Source: an uncultured Gemmatimonadaceae bacterium (lineage in GTDB: Bacteria; Gemmatimonadota; Gemmatimonadetes; Gemmatimonadales; Gemmatimonadaceae). Taken from it: a stretch of DNA of 64,000 nucleotides. Below are positions 1 to 9,229 of this stretch, in pieces. The notes below the pieces were generated by a model. The model saw only the letters and a list, made by a program, of their open reading frames with translations. It was not told the DNA's origin and did not search any database. Position 1 is the first letter of the stretch, and each line of letters starts with the position of its first letter. The DNA lies in assembly GCA_963781585.1 (NCBI GenBank), contig CAWAGQ010000004.1:1038622-1102621 (forward strand). The letters run 5' to 3'. Position numbers and translations under genes: made by a program.

Positions 1-1
1 A

Positions 2-574
2 CAGCTCCTGAATTGGTGCCGAGAGGTGATGGTCTGCCGCGAGGAGGTTCGGCGTGGAGACCGACGCGGCCTGATCCCCGCGGGAATCGACCGGCATGGC
101 GAGGTCGAGCGAGAGCCGGAGGCGACGATAGTCGGTGGGCGTGATGAGGACGATCTCGATCTCGCGCAGGCCGACCGCCGACGCCAGTTCGGGAGGGAAC
201 GCTTCCGGCTCCGACGATGCGACGATCAGGCGCCCGGCCGCGATAGCCAACGGCACCAGATGGTGGTATTCCCGAAACTGGCGGGAGATGCGTGCGACGA
301 CCTCACGATCGACGATCGGCAGCAGGTCGGCGACATCGGCAAAGCGCAGCTCGTGCAGGATCGCGAGCTGCTGATACACGTCGCGCTCCTCGGCCATCCC
401 CTGTTCCGTGAGGATCTCACCGATGCGGCGGCGCACACGCCGAGCGAGCGCGGCCGCCTGCTCGACGTCCTCACGCGACGCAATGCCCGCCTCGACAATC
501 AGGTCGCCCAGACGCCTGTCGAGCCGCTTCTGCCTCAGCGCGATCGTCTTCTCAGGCGCCTGGTCGGCGGACAT
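2..574 (-). CDS. N-terminal part of a GspE/PilB-type secretion/pilus ATPase or other MshEN-domain protein (runs off the left edge)
   Basis: Not in the ORF track. Hand translation from ATG 574: MSADQAPEKTIALRQKRLDRRLGDLIVEAGIASREDVEQAAALARRVRRRIGEILTEQGMAEERDVYQQLAILHEL..., two tandem RLG/RIG-xx-L-xx-G MshEN-like motifs; starts 10 bp after the stop of the upstream gene. Confidence 0.7.
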   Translation of the reverse strand, partial: MSADQAPEKTIALRQKRLDRRLGDLIVEAGIASREDVEQAAALARRVRRRIGEILTEQGMAEERDVYQQLAILHELRFADVADLLPIVDREVVARISRQFREYHHLVPLAIAAGRLIVASSEPEAFPPELASAVGLREIEIVLITPTDYRRLRLSLDLAMPVDSRGDQAASVSTPNLLAADHHLSAPIQEL

Positions 575-583
575 GACGCTGCG

Positions 584-3500
584 TTACCCTCCGGCGGCAG
601 GCGAATGGTCGGACACAGCGTTCGTCCGCTGCGGAGGCGGCTCGTCGGTCGTCGGGACGATCTCGGGAAGTCCGGCCGCCTTGAGCATGGCGTTCAGGCG
701 ACCGAGGAACGCATCCACGTTCTTCTTGTATCGGGCGAGCTCCCGGTCGAGTTTCGGCGACAACGTGTTGAAGACCTCGTATGCCTGCGGGGGCGGCCGC
801 CGTTCGCCGTTACTCACGAAACCCATCAGTGCCGCAAGCTGGTTGTTCACGCGTACCGGGAAGTTGAGTGGATCCTCACCGCTCTTGTTCTTCGTCTGGT
901 AGATGGAGTCTTCGACCGCGCTCAGACTGTCGGCAAACGTCGTGGCGAGCGGCGCGAACGCCGCGACCGCCGCCATCTTCGGTGTGCGGTCATCGAGCTG
1001 CCGTTTGACGCTGCGAATTCGCTTGACGGCGTCGTTGGCCTCGGTGACCCGGTCGCGTAGCTGCAGCGCGAACCGCGTCTGCTCGGCGAGATCGGCGTCG
1101 GTGGCGCTCGCTCGCGGGTCGCGGCGAACCACGAGCGGTGCCGACAGCGGCGCGGCGTCGCCGACCGTGAGCCGCACGGTGTAGGTCCCCGGCGCGATCG
1201 CCGGGCCGGTGACTCCGCCCGCCCAGAAGATCATCCCCTGAAAGCTCGATGCGTCGGGGTAGCGCATGTTCCATTGATACTGATTGACGCCGAGCCGCGT
1301 GGTGACCCGCGCCGCACCGGCGCCACCAAATCGCCCGCCGCCTCCGCGCCCGCCGACGCCCTGCGGCACCGAATCCGTGGACGAGTATTTCCGGACGAGC
1401 TTGCCTGTCGGATCGAGGAATTCAACAGTCACCGGCTGTGAGTCCTGCGCGAGGCGATACATCACGGTGGCGCTCGCGTTGCCGGCGCGGGTGACCGGCG
1501 CCGGCTTGTAGAGGAAGTTCTTCCCCTGCGCAGCCGCCACTTCCGGTGCCTGACGCAGCTCGGTCAGGTTCTCCATCACCCAGAACGCCCGCCCGTGCGT
1601 GGCGATCACCATGTCGTCATCGCGCAGAGCGATGTCGTGTACCGGGACGGGCGGGAGGTTGCGCTGCAGGCTCTGCCAGTTGCGGCCGTCGTTGTACGAC
1701 ACCCACACGCCGCGTTCGGTGGCCGCGTACAGCAGACCTGGACGGACCAGGTCCTCGCGTACGGCGCGCGTGAACTCGGTCGGCGTGATCCCGTCAGTGA
1801 TTTTCGTCCAGGTTGCTCCGTAGTCATGCGTCTTGTACAGGTACGGCGCGAAGTCGTCCAACTGGTATCGATTCGCCGCCACGTACGCCGTAGCCGGGTC
1901 ATGCGGCGACGGGTCGATGATCGAGATGCGCGTCCACTCGGGCAGCCCTTTCGGTGTGACGTTCTTCCAGCTCTTGCCGCCGTCCCGGGTCAGGTAGATG
2001 AGCCCATCGTCCGAGCCTGTCCAGATCAACCCGGGCGTGACCGGTGACTCCTGGACGGCGAAGATCGTGGCGTAGTACTCGATAGACGTCTGATCCTTCG
2101 TGATGGGCCCACCCGACGGACCGAGCGTCGCGGGATCGTGCCGCGTGAGATCCGGCGAAATCACCGACCAGGTCTTCCCGTCGTTCGACGACTTGAAGAG
2201 CACGTTGGATCCCACGTACAGGACGTGCGGATCGCGCGGCGAGTTCATGATCGGGTACGTCCACTGGAAGCGGTACTTCGAATCCTTCGCGTCGTGGCCC
2301 ATCGGGTTGAGCGGCCAGGGGTCCAGCCGCTCGCTCAGCCCGGTCCGGCGATTCTGCATCTCGAGCACGCCGCTGTAGTTGCCGCCGTAGGTGATTTCGG
2401 GATCGAGCGGATCGGAGGCGATGTAGCCCGACTCGCCGCCCGCAACACCGTAGAAGTCGGAATACTGCGGTCCGGACGTCGTGCCACCGCGCCCGCCGCG
2501 GCCTCCCCCGCCACCACCCCGTCCGAATCCGCCGGCCGCTCGCACCGGGCCGCACGACGATCCGGCATCCTGCTTGGCCCCGCACACGTGATATGGAACG
2601 TGATTCGTGAGGTGTACGTGGTAGAATTGCCCGGTCGGCGCCGCCACCCGGATCGACGATGAGCCGCCGTCGGTGGTGATGATCGCCCCGTTGTCGTGCG
2701 CCACGGCGATCCGCTTCGGGTCGTCGGGCGCGATCCACACGTCATGATTGTCGCCGCCGCCGAACCCGCGCGCGAAGGTCTTGCCGCCATCCTTCGACCA
2801 CATCGGTCCCACGTTAGGCGCTGCAAGGACGTTCGTGTCCTTCGGGTCGGCGTAGATGTTCGAGTAGTACCAGGCCCGCTGGCGCAGATCGCGGTCGCCA
2901 TTCATGAAGGTCCAGGTCGCCCCGCCGTCGGCCGATCGGTAGATGCCGCCGTTCGGCTCATGCTCGATCAGCGCCCACACCAGGTTCGACTTCACCGGCG
3001 ACACCGCGACGCCGATGCGTCCCAGAACTCCCGACGGGAGCCCGGGGTTGTGCGTGATCTCCGTCCAGTGTTCCCCACCATCGGTGGTCTTGAAGATGCC
3101 GCTCCCGGCCCCGCCGCTGATGAGCAACCACGGTTTCCGCCCGGCCTGCCAGAACGCGGCGTACAGCACCTCCGGATTCGTCGGATCCATGACCAGATCG
3201 CTGATGCCGGTGGAGTCGTTCCGGAACAGCACCTTGCGCCAGGTTCTGCCACCGTCGGTGGTCTTGAAAACGCCGCGCTCCGGATTCGGTCCCCACACAT
3301 GTCCGAGCGCACCGACGTACACAATGTCCGGATTGGTGGGGTGGACACGGACCCTCGCAATCTGTTGCGTCTCTCGGAGACCCAGGTAGCTCCAGGTCTT
3401 TCCACCGTCCGTGGTCTTCCAGACACCCTCGCCATGGGACACGTTTCCGCGGATCGGCGATTCGCCGCCCCCCACGTACACGATGTCGGGATTGCTCTCG

Positions 3501-3850
3501 CTCACAGCGATCGCCCCGATGGTCCCGCCGAAGTACTTGTCGGTAACTGGTGTGAGGGTCGTGCCACCATCCGTTGTCTTCCACACGCCGCCACCGGTTG
3601 TGCCGAAGTAGTACTCCCTGGGTCTCGCCGACGAACCCGCTACCGCAGCCATCCGGCCCGCGCTGTTCGGGCCGATGCTTCGCCACTGCAGGCTGCCCCA
3701 CAGCGCGGTGTCGACGGGGACCGCGACCTGCGTCGCGGCGGATATCTGCCGGCCGACGGACGATCCGGTGGGTCGCTGCTGTGCCACAAGGGCACCGGGC
3801 ACAGCGCAGGCGACGGCCAGTGCTCGCGAGAGGAGGGTCGGTCGATTCAC
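584..3850 (-). CDS. Secreted VPS10/sortilin-like BNR-repeat beta-propeller protein (often annotated glycosyl hydrolase)
   Basis: Signal peptide; WRSIGP...GR start; many S/T-x-D-G-G-x-T-W BNR repeats; RFQWTYPI; C-terminal Ig-like and helical domains. Confidence 0.85.
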   Translation of the reverse strand: MNRPTLLSRALAVACAVPGALVAQQRPTGSSVGRQISAATQVAVPVDTALWGSLQWRSIGPNSAGRMAAVAGSSARPREYYFGTTGGGVWKTTDGGTTLTPVTDKYFGGTIGAIAVSESNPDIVYVGGGESPIRGNVSHGEGVWKTTDGGKTWSYLGLRETQQIARVRVHPTNPDIVYVGALGHVWGPNPERGVFKTTDGGRTWRKVLFRNDSTGISDLVMDPTNPEVLYAAFWQAGRKPWLLISGGAGSGIFKTTDGGEHWTEITHNPGLPSGVLGRIGVAVSPVKSNLVWALIEHEPNGGIYRSADGGATWTFMNGDRDLRQRAWYYSNIYADPKDTNVLAAPNVGPMWSKDGGKTFARGFGGGDNHDVWIAPDDPKRIAVAHDNGAIITTDGGSSSIRVAAPTGQFYHVHLTNHVPYHVCGAKQDAGSSCGPVRAAGGFGRGGGGGGRGGRGGTTSGPQYSDFYGVAGGESGYIASDPLDPEITYGGNYSGVLEMQNRRTGLSERLDPWPLNPMGHDAKDSKYRFQWTYPIMNSPRDPHVLYVGSNVLFKSSNDGKTWSVISPDLTRHDPATLGPSGGPITKDQTSIEYYATIFAVQESPVTPGLIWTGSDDGLIYLTRDGGKSWKNVTPKGLPEWTRISIIDPSPHDPATAYVAANRYQLDDFAPYLYKTHDYGATWTKITDGITPTEFTRAVREDLVRPGLLYAATERGVWVSYNDGRNWQSLQRNLPPVPVHDIALRDDDMVIATHGRAFWVMENLTELRQAPEVAAAQGKNFLYKPAPVTRAGNASATVMYRLAQDSQPVTVEFLDPTGKLVRKYSSTDSVPQGVGGRGGGGRFGGAGAARVTTRLGVNQYQWNMRYPDASSFQGMIFWAGGVTGPAIAPGTYTVRLTVGDAAPLSAPLVVRRDPRASATDADLAEQTRFALQLRDRVTEANDAVKRIRSVKRQLDDRTPKMAAVAAFAPLATTFADSLSAVEDSIYQTKNKSGEDPLNFPVRVNNQLAALMGFVSNGERRPPPQAYEVFNTLSPKLDRELARYKKNVDAFLGRLNAMLKAAGLPEIVPTTDEPPPQRTNAVSDHSPAAGG

Positions 3851-4019
3851 TTGGACGATTCCGGGACAGGAGGGGGGCGCGTTTGCAGAGGTTGGGCGTT
3901 CGGCTCGTGGTCAAGGCGCGCCGTCATCCTACGCTACGCGCGCGACCCGCGTTGTGCCACCGGGGATGCCGGCTCCCGCGGTCGCTCGCGGCAGCTCTCT
4001 GCCGTCGGCTACAGCGGGG

Positions 4020-4301
4020 CTATCCGCCGCTCACGGCGGCGATGATCTCGATGGTGTCGCCGTCGCGCACACCCGTCTCCAGTCCCTCGGCAAATCGGAC
4101 GCTCTCCTGTCCCACGAACACGTTCACGTGCTCACGAATGGCGCCCTGCTCGGTGAGCACGCGGTCCACGGCGGCCGGATACCGGTCCTTCAGCGCGATG
4201 AGCGCATGTCGGACGGTAGAACATTGCTCCTCCAGAACCACGATGCGGCTGCCGCTGGCGTACGGCTCCAGTGCACTAGGCAAGGCGATGGTCACAGACA
4301 T
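4020..4301 (-). CDS. MoaD/ThiS-family ubiquitin-like sulfur-carrier protein
   Basis: 93 aa, beta-grasp-type pattern (VNVFVG...DGDTIEII), C-terminal AVSGG. Confidence 0.9.
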   Translation of the reverse strand: MSVTIALPSALEPYASGSRIVVLEEQCSTVRHALIALKDRYPAAVDRVLTEQGAIREHVNVFVGQESVRFAEGLETGVRDGDTIEIIAAVSGG

Positions 4302-4317
4302 GATGGCCGGAGCAGTC

Positions 4318-5457
4318 TCAGGTCACGCCAGCCGGTCCGCCGACCACCGCCGCGTTCACGCAGGTGATGGGGGGCAGCGCGTCGCTGATCGCCTTCCACG
4401 TTTCTCCCTCGTCGGAGGAACCGAAGAGCTTTCCGCTGCGGGTACCAAAATAGATACCCGCCTGGTTGCACGAGTCCGCGCACAGGGCATCACGCAGAAC
4501 TGCCTCGTACGCACGACGCTGCGGCAATCCCCTTGCCAGCGGCTGCCACGATGCGCCCGCGTCGCGCGTGCGATACACCCGGAGCCTCGCTCCCGGAACA
4601 CACCTGAACATGTCGGACTCGAGCGGAACGATGTACACCGAGTCGGCGTCTGTCGGATGCATCTGCATCGCGAACCCGAAGTCGCTCGGGACACCGTTGG
4701 CAATGTCGTGCCAACTGTCTCCCCAATCATCGCTGCGGTAAAGTCCCCAGTGATTCTGAAGAAACAGCCGCTCAGGCCGACTGGGATGCTGCGCCACCTT
4801 GTGGACGCACTGCCCGAACTCCGGATGTTTGTCGGGCAGAAACTCCGCACGAACACCCACGTTGCGAGGCCGCCAGGTTCGGCCGCCGTCCTCGGTGCGG
4901 TAGACGCCGCCCGTGGACATCGCCACGATCATGCGCTGCCGATCGGTGGGATGCGTTACGATCGTGTGGAGGCAGAGCCCGCCGCCTCCCGGCGTCCACC
5001 GGGCTCGGTGCTCGTGCGTCAGCAGCCCGTCGACGACCGTCCACGTATCGCCGCCGTCGCGCGATTCGAAGAGCGCCGACGGTTCCACTCCCGCCCAGAG
5101 CAGGTTCGGTTCGTCAGCCGGACCGGGGAGAATCTGCCAGATCTGAACGAGAGACAGACCAGACGCTTCCGGAAACCTCACGGACGGACGATCGGGTGCA
5201 CTCCAGCTCCGGCCAAAGTCATCGCTCGTGCGAATGCCGCTGCCCCAGTGAAAGCTGCGCGTGGCTGCGAGAAGCCGTCGGCGACCGCCGCGCTCGTCGT
5301 ACGTGAAGGCGTATACGGATTCCCCGGGGAAGTGAGGACCATCCATGCGCCATCGCTTACGGAACGGATCGGACGCCAGGACAAAGGCGCCCTTGGTCGT
5401 GCCGACGAGGAGAAGGACATCGCCCTTGTTCGGTGAAGGTGCGCGGCTTCGAGGCAT
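4318..5457 (-). CDS. Cytoplasmic BNR-repeat (sialidase-like) beta-propeller protein
   Basis: LLVGTTKGAF start; repeats SDDFGRSW, SRDGGDTW, TEDGGRTW, SDDWGDSW, SSDEGETW; GGLCLH and GQCVHK motifs; no signal peptide. Confidence 0.85.
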   Translation of the reverse strand: MPRSRAPSPNKGDVLLLVGTTKGAFVLASDPFRKRWRMDGPHFPGESVYAFTYDERGGRRRLLAATRSFHWGSGIRTSDDFGRSWSAPDRPSVRFPEASGLSLVQIWQILPGPADEPNLLWAGVEPSALFESRDGGDTWTVVDGLLTHEHRARWTPGGGGLCLHTIVTHPTDRQRMIVAMSTGGVYRTEDGGRTWRPRNVGVRAEFLPDKHPEFGQCVHKVAQHPSRPERLFLQNHWGLYRSDDWGDSWHDIANGVPSDFGFAMQMHPTDADSVYIVPLESDMFRCVPGARLRVYRTRDAGASWQPLARGLPQRRAYEAVLRDALCADSCNQAGIYFGTRSGKLFGSSDEGETWKAISDALPPITCVNAAVVGGPAGVT

Positions 5458-5649
5458 GGTGTTGTGAGAGTCGATGCAACAGCGGTGAGAAGGTACGCCA
5501 GAGACCGTCGTTCGCTATGCCGAACCCGGAAAGAGCCCACATCCGGCGCGCTGTGCCTCGAGTCGAGCAATGCTCATTGGTCGGCTTCCCTCGCAAGGGG
5601 TGGCTCCGGCGCTCGAAAACTCGGCGCGCGCCGGGTCCGACGCAAGCAA

Positions 5650-6867
5650 CTACTCGTATCGCAGGGCCTGAATGGGATCGAGGAGTGCTGCTTTGCGAGC
5701 TGGATAGTAGCCGAAGAAGATGCCGACCGCGGCCGAGAACCCGATCGCGATGCCGGCCATCGCCGGCGCAATGGTCGTGCCCCAGCCGGTGAAGTGTTGC
5801 AGTACCGCCGCCCCTCCAAATCCCACACCGATACCGATGATGCCACCGAACACGCTCATCACCACGCTCTCAACCAGGAACTGGCGCATGACGTCCGCTC
5901 CGCGGGCGCCGATGGCGAGCCGGATCCCGATCTCGCGGGTCCGCTCGGTGACCGATACCAGCATGATGTTCATGATGCCGATGCCGCCGACCAGCAGCGA
6001 GATGCTGGCAATCGCCGCGAGCAGCAGCGACATGACCTCCGTCGTGCCCTGGGCCGCCTGCGCCAGATCAGTCTGATTCCGGACGGTAAAATCATCCGGC
6101 TCGTATTCGGCGAGTTTGTGGGTCTCACGCAGAATGCCGCGGATCTCGTCTTCGGCTGCCGGGATGTCGGCCTTCGACGGCGTCGACGCGAGAATCTGGG
6201 GGATGAACGTGTGACGGGACAGGCGGGTCTGCACGGTCGTATACGGCGCGAGGATCACGTCGTCCTGGTCGCTTCCCTCGGCGGTCTGGCCTTTTTCCGA
6301 CAACACACCGACGATTTCGACCGGCACGTTCCTGATCAGAATCTGCTGACCGACGGGGTCCTGATTCGGGAAGAGATTCTTCGCGACGGTCTGGCCGATC
6401 ACCACGACTTTCCGCACGCCGCGGACCTCACTGTCGTCGAACAGTCGACCCGATTGCGCCTGCCAGTCGCGAATGATGAAGTAATCGGTGGAAACGCCGT
6501 CGACCATGGTGCGCCAGTTGGTTCCTCCGCCCACCACCTGCGTCGGCGCCATCACCACCGGCGACGACCCGGCCAGCAACACGCTTTCGCGCTTGAGGGC
6601 ATCCGCATCCTCCAGTGACAGTCGGTTCGACGTTCCCGCTCCCTGGCTGACTCCGCCGGACTGACTCGCTCCCTGGGTAATTACGATCATGTTCGTTCCA
6701 AGATTCTCGATGCGCTGCTGAATCTGGGTCTTCGCACCCTGTCCCACGGCGACCATCACAATCACCGCGGCCACACCGATGATGATGCCAAGCATGGTCA
6801 GCAGCGTACGCATCTTGTTCTTCAGGATGCTCTTGGTCGCTATGTCGATCAGTCGGGTTGCCTTCAT
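5650..6867 (-). CDS. MacB/FtsX-type ABC transporter permease
   Basis: RTLLTMLGIIIGV and ISLLVGGIGIMNIMLVSVTERTREIGIR motifs, ends DPIQALRYE; start moved to ATG 6867 next to the upstream stop. Confidence 0.92.
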   Translation of the reverse strand: MKATRLIDIATKSILKNKMRTLLTMLGIIIGVAAVIVMVAVGQGAKTQIQQRIENLGTNMIVITQGASQSGGVSQGAGTSNRLSLEDADALKRESVLLAGSSPVVMAPTQVVGGGTNWRTMVDGVSTDYFIIRDWQAQSGRLFDDSEVRGVRKVVVIGQTVAKNLFPNQDPVGQQILIRNVPVEIVGVLSEKGQTAEGSDQDDVILAPYTTVQTRLSRHTFIPQILASTPSKADIPAAEDEIRGILRETHKLAEYEPDDFTVRNQTDLAQAAQGTTEVMSLLLAAIASISLLVGGIGIMNIMLVSVTERTREIGIRLAIGARGADVMRQFLVESVVMSVFGGIIGIGVGFGGAAVLQHFTGWGTTIAPAMAGIAIGFSAAVGIFFGYYPARKAALLDPIQALRYE

Positions 6868-6868
6868 G

Positions 6869-7630
6869 TCAATCTTCCACCGGAATGGGACCAACCAGCT
6901 CCAGGTCGCGGGCCGCCGCGTGGCGATCGCTGACCGGCTCGTCGCGAAGAATGTGGCCATCTCGCAGTTCGACGATACGCCGGGCGTACTGCGCGATGTC
7001 GTGTTCGTGCGTCACCAGGAGTATCGTGATGCCCTGGTCGTTCAGGGTTTGAAAGATGGAAAGCACTTCGATCGACGTGACGCTGTCGAGATTGCCGGTT
7101 GGTTCGTCGGCGAGCACGATCGCCGGCTGGGTGACGAGGGCGCGTGCGATGGCGACGCGCTGCTGTTGACCACCCGACAGTTCGCTGGGCTCGTGATCCA
7201 TTCGGTCACCGAGTCCCACGCGTTCGAGGGCCTCACGCGCGACACGCTTCGTATCCAGCTTGCGGCCGCTCCGATCATACAGGAGGGGCAGCTCGACATT
7301 GTCCAGTGCACTCGTGCGCGGCAGCAGGTTGAATCCCTGAAAGACGAAACCGATGCGCGAGTTGCGAATGTCCGCGAGCGCGTTCTTGTCCAGTCCGTCC
7401 ACGCGCACGTCGTCCAGCCAGTAGCTGCCCGATGTGGGCCGATCGAGACAGCCAAGAATATTCATGAGCGTCGACTTTCCAGAGCCGGACGCGCCCATGA
7501 TGGCCACCATCTCGCCCCGATCCACCGACAAGTCGACCCCGCGCAGGGCGTGCACCTCGGTCTTTCCGGTGCGATAGATGCGCTTGAGGTGCTCAACCCG
7601 GATCACCGGACTTCCTGCGACGGCCGTCAT
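6869..7630 (-). CDS. ABC transporter ATP-binding protein (MacB/LolD type)
   Basis: Walker A GASGSGKS, LSGGQQQR signature, ADEPTGNLD, VTHE. Confidence 0.95.
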   Translation of the reverse strand: MTAVAGSPVIRVEHLKRIYRTGKTEVHALRGVDLSVDRGEMVAIMGASGSGKSTLMNILGCLDRPTSGSYWLDDVRVDGLDKNALADIRNSRIGFVFQGFNLLPRTSALDNVELPLLYDRSGRKLDTKRVAREALERVGLGDRMDHEPSELSGGQQQRVAIARALVTQPAIVLADEPTGNLDSVTSIEVLSIFQTLNDQGITILLVTHEHDIAQYARRIVELRDGHILRDEPVSDRHAAARDLELVGPIPVED

Positions 7631-8937
7631 CAGAATCCTCCGCGACCCCGGAAGCCGCCGCGGCCCTGTGGCTGACCGGTCTGAAACGGGCTGGACACGG
7701 CGCCCGGAGCCTGGTCGGACGACGTCACGGCCGCGATGACCTGCATGCCTTCGTGGACGCTGCTGCCGGTGATTTCAGTCTCCTGGCCGTTCGTCAAGCC
7801 GGTCCGCACGCGCGTCATGGCCGGGTTTCCGTTGTCGTCCAGATACCAGAGCTGCGCAAACCCCACGCGCTGGGATTCGCCGACACCGCCCGCGCGCCCG
7901 GGCTCGCGGAGCGCATCCTCCTCAACGGTGCCAGGCCGCCGAGCGATGCCGCGGCCGCTGTCCGTGCCCGCACGCGAACTGTCGCGCAACCCGGCCGGAC
8001 CGCCTGTCCGTGCAGTCGCAATCATGGCCGCGGTGGGACGCAGGCGCAGGGCCGCGTTTTGCACCTTGAGCACGTTGGTCGCTTTGGCGACCTCGAAGCT
8101 GACGGTCGCCGTCATCCCCGGCAGAAGAAGCCCATCGGGATTGTTCACGGCGACGACCACCGTGTAGTTGACGACGTTCTCGTTGGCCGTGGACTGCATC
8201 CGCACCTGACCGACCTTTCCGTCGAAGGTGCGATTGGGATAGGCCTGCACCGTGAAGTGGACTGGCTGGCCTTCGCGGATCTGGCCGATGTCGCCTTCGT
8301 CAACCGAGGCGAGGATCTGCATATGCGACAGGTCCTCGGCGATCAGGAAGAGCTGTGGCGCGGACAGGCTGGCCGCCACGGTCTGCCCGACGTCCACGTT
8401 GCGCTCGATCACAATGCCGTCGATGGGCGAGTAGATCGACGCGTAGCTGAGATTCCGCTTGGCGCGTTCGAGATTCGACTGCGACGACTTGAGCGCCGCC
8501 TCGGACATTTTCGCGTCATACTGCGCGGTCTTGTACTCAGTCTCCGTGGAGACCTCGTTCTTGTACATGGACTCTGTCTGATTGAGCACGAACTGCTTCT
8601 GCTGCAGATCAGCCTGAGCCCGTTCCACGTCTGCCTCCGCCTGCCGAACGGCCTCTTCGAGCACCGTCGGATCGAGACGGGCGATGAGCTGGCCCTTCTT
8701 GACATGGTCGTTGAAGTCAGCGTGGAGCTCGGCGATCTGCCCGGACACCTGCGTGCCGACCTGCACCGTGCGGACCGCGCTGAGGATCCCCGTGGAATTC
8801 ACCGCCGACTCGATGTCGCCGCGTGTCACTTCCACAAAACGATATGACGTGGTGTCTTTCGCCGAGCGGTGCAGCAGAAACGCGATGCTGACACCAGCAA
8901 TGGCGAGGACGGAAATCCCGGTGATGAGGCGTCTCAT
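7630..8937 (-). CDS. MacA-like periplasmic adaptor (membrane fusion protein)
   Basis: N-terminal TM; VQVGTQVSGQI, IYSPIDGIV, VGQTVAAS, VDEGDIG; start moved to ATG 8937 after GGGAGAG. Confidence 0.9.
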   Translation of the reverse strand: MRRLITGISVLAIAGVSIAFLLHRSAKDTTSYRFVEVTRGDIESAVNSTGILSAVRTVQVGTQVSGQIAELHADFNDHVKKGQLIARLDPTVLEEAVRQAEADVERAQADLQQKQFVLNQTESMYKNEVSTETEYKTAQYDAKMSEAALKSSQSNLERAKRNLSYASIYSPIDGIVIERNVDVGQTVAASLSAPQLFLIAEDLSHMQILASVDEGDIGQIREGQPVHFTVQAYPNRTFDGKVGQVRMQSTANENVVNYTVVVAVNNPDGLLLPGMTATVSFEVAKATNVLKVQNAALRLRPTAAMIATARTGGPAGLRDSSRAGTDSGRGIARRPGTVEEDALREPGRAGGVGESQRVGFAQLWYLDDNGNPAMTRVRTGLTNGQETEITGSSVHEGMQVIAAVTSSDQAPGAVSSPFQTGQPQGRGGFRGRGGF

Positions 8938-9229
8938 TGCTCTCCCGTAATGGCGGAGTTCTCGCCGCCGAAGCGGCAGGTAGAATCGCTCGTGTTCCTG
9001 GGCGCGCTCCTCGAACGAGGAGTACCCGCGAAAGCGCTGCGCGGTCGGCTGCACACGCGAAAGCGCGCTCGAGAACGAGCGCGAGGTGCGGCGGACTCAG
9101 CCGCGAAGGCGCGGGATCACGAACGTGTCGAAATCAGCGCGCGATCCTGCGCTTCTTAGACGGACCGAGCGCCCTATCCGTTAACGGAGCCCGACTGCAC
9201 ATCGTTGGGCGCTTGTCGAAGGTCGCAAA

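Noticed and set aside
26..1060. 344-aa plus-strand ORF
   Set aside because: Antisense shadow of the MshEN-like gene and the VPS10-like gene end; no recognisable motifs
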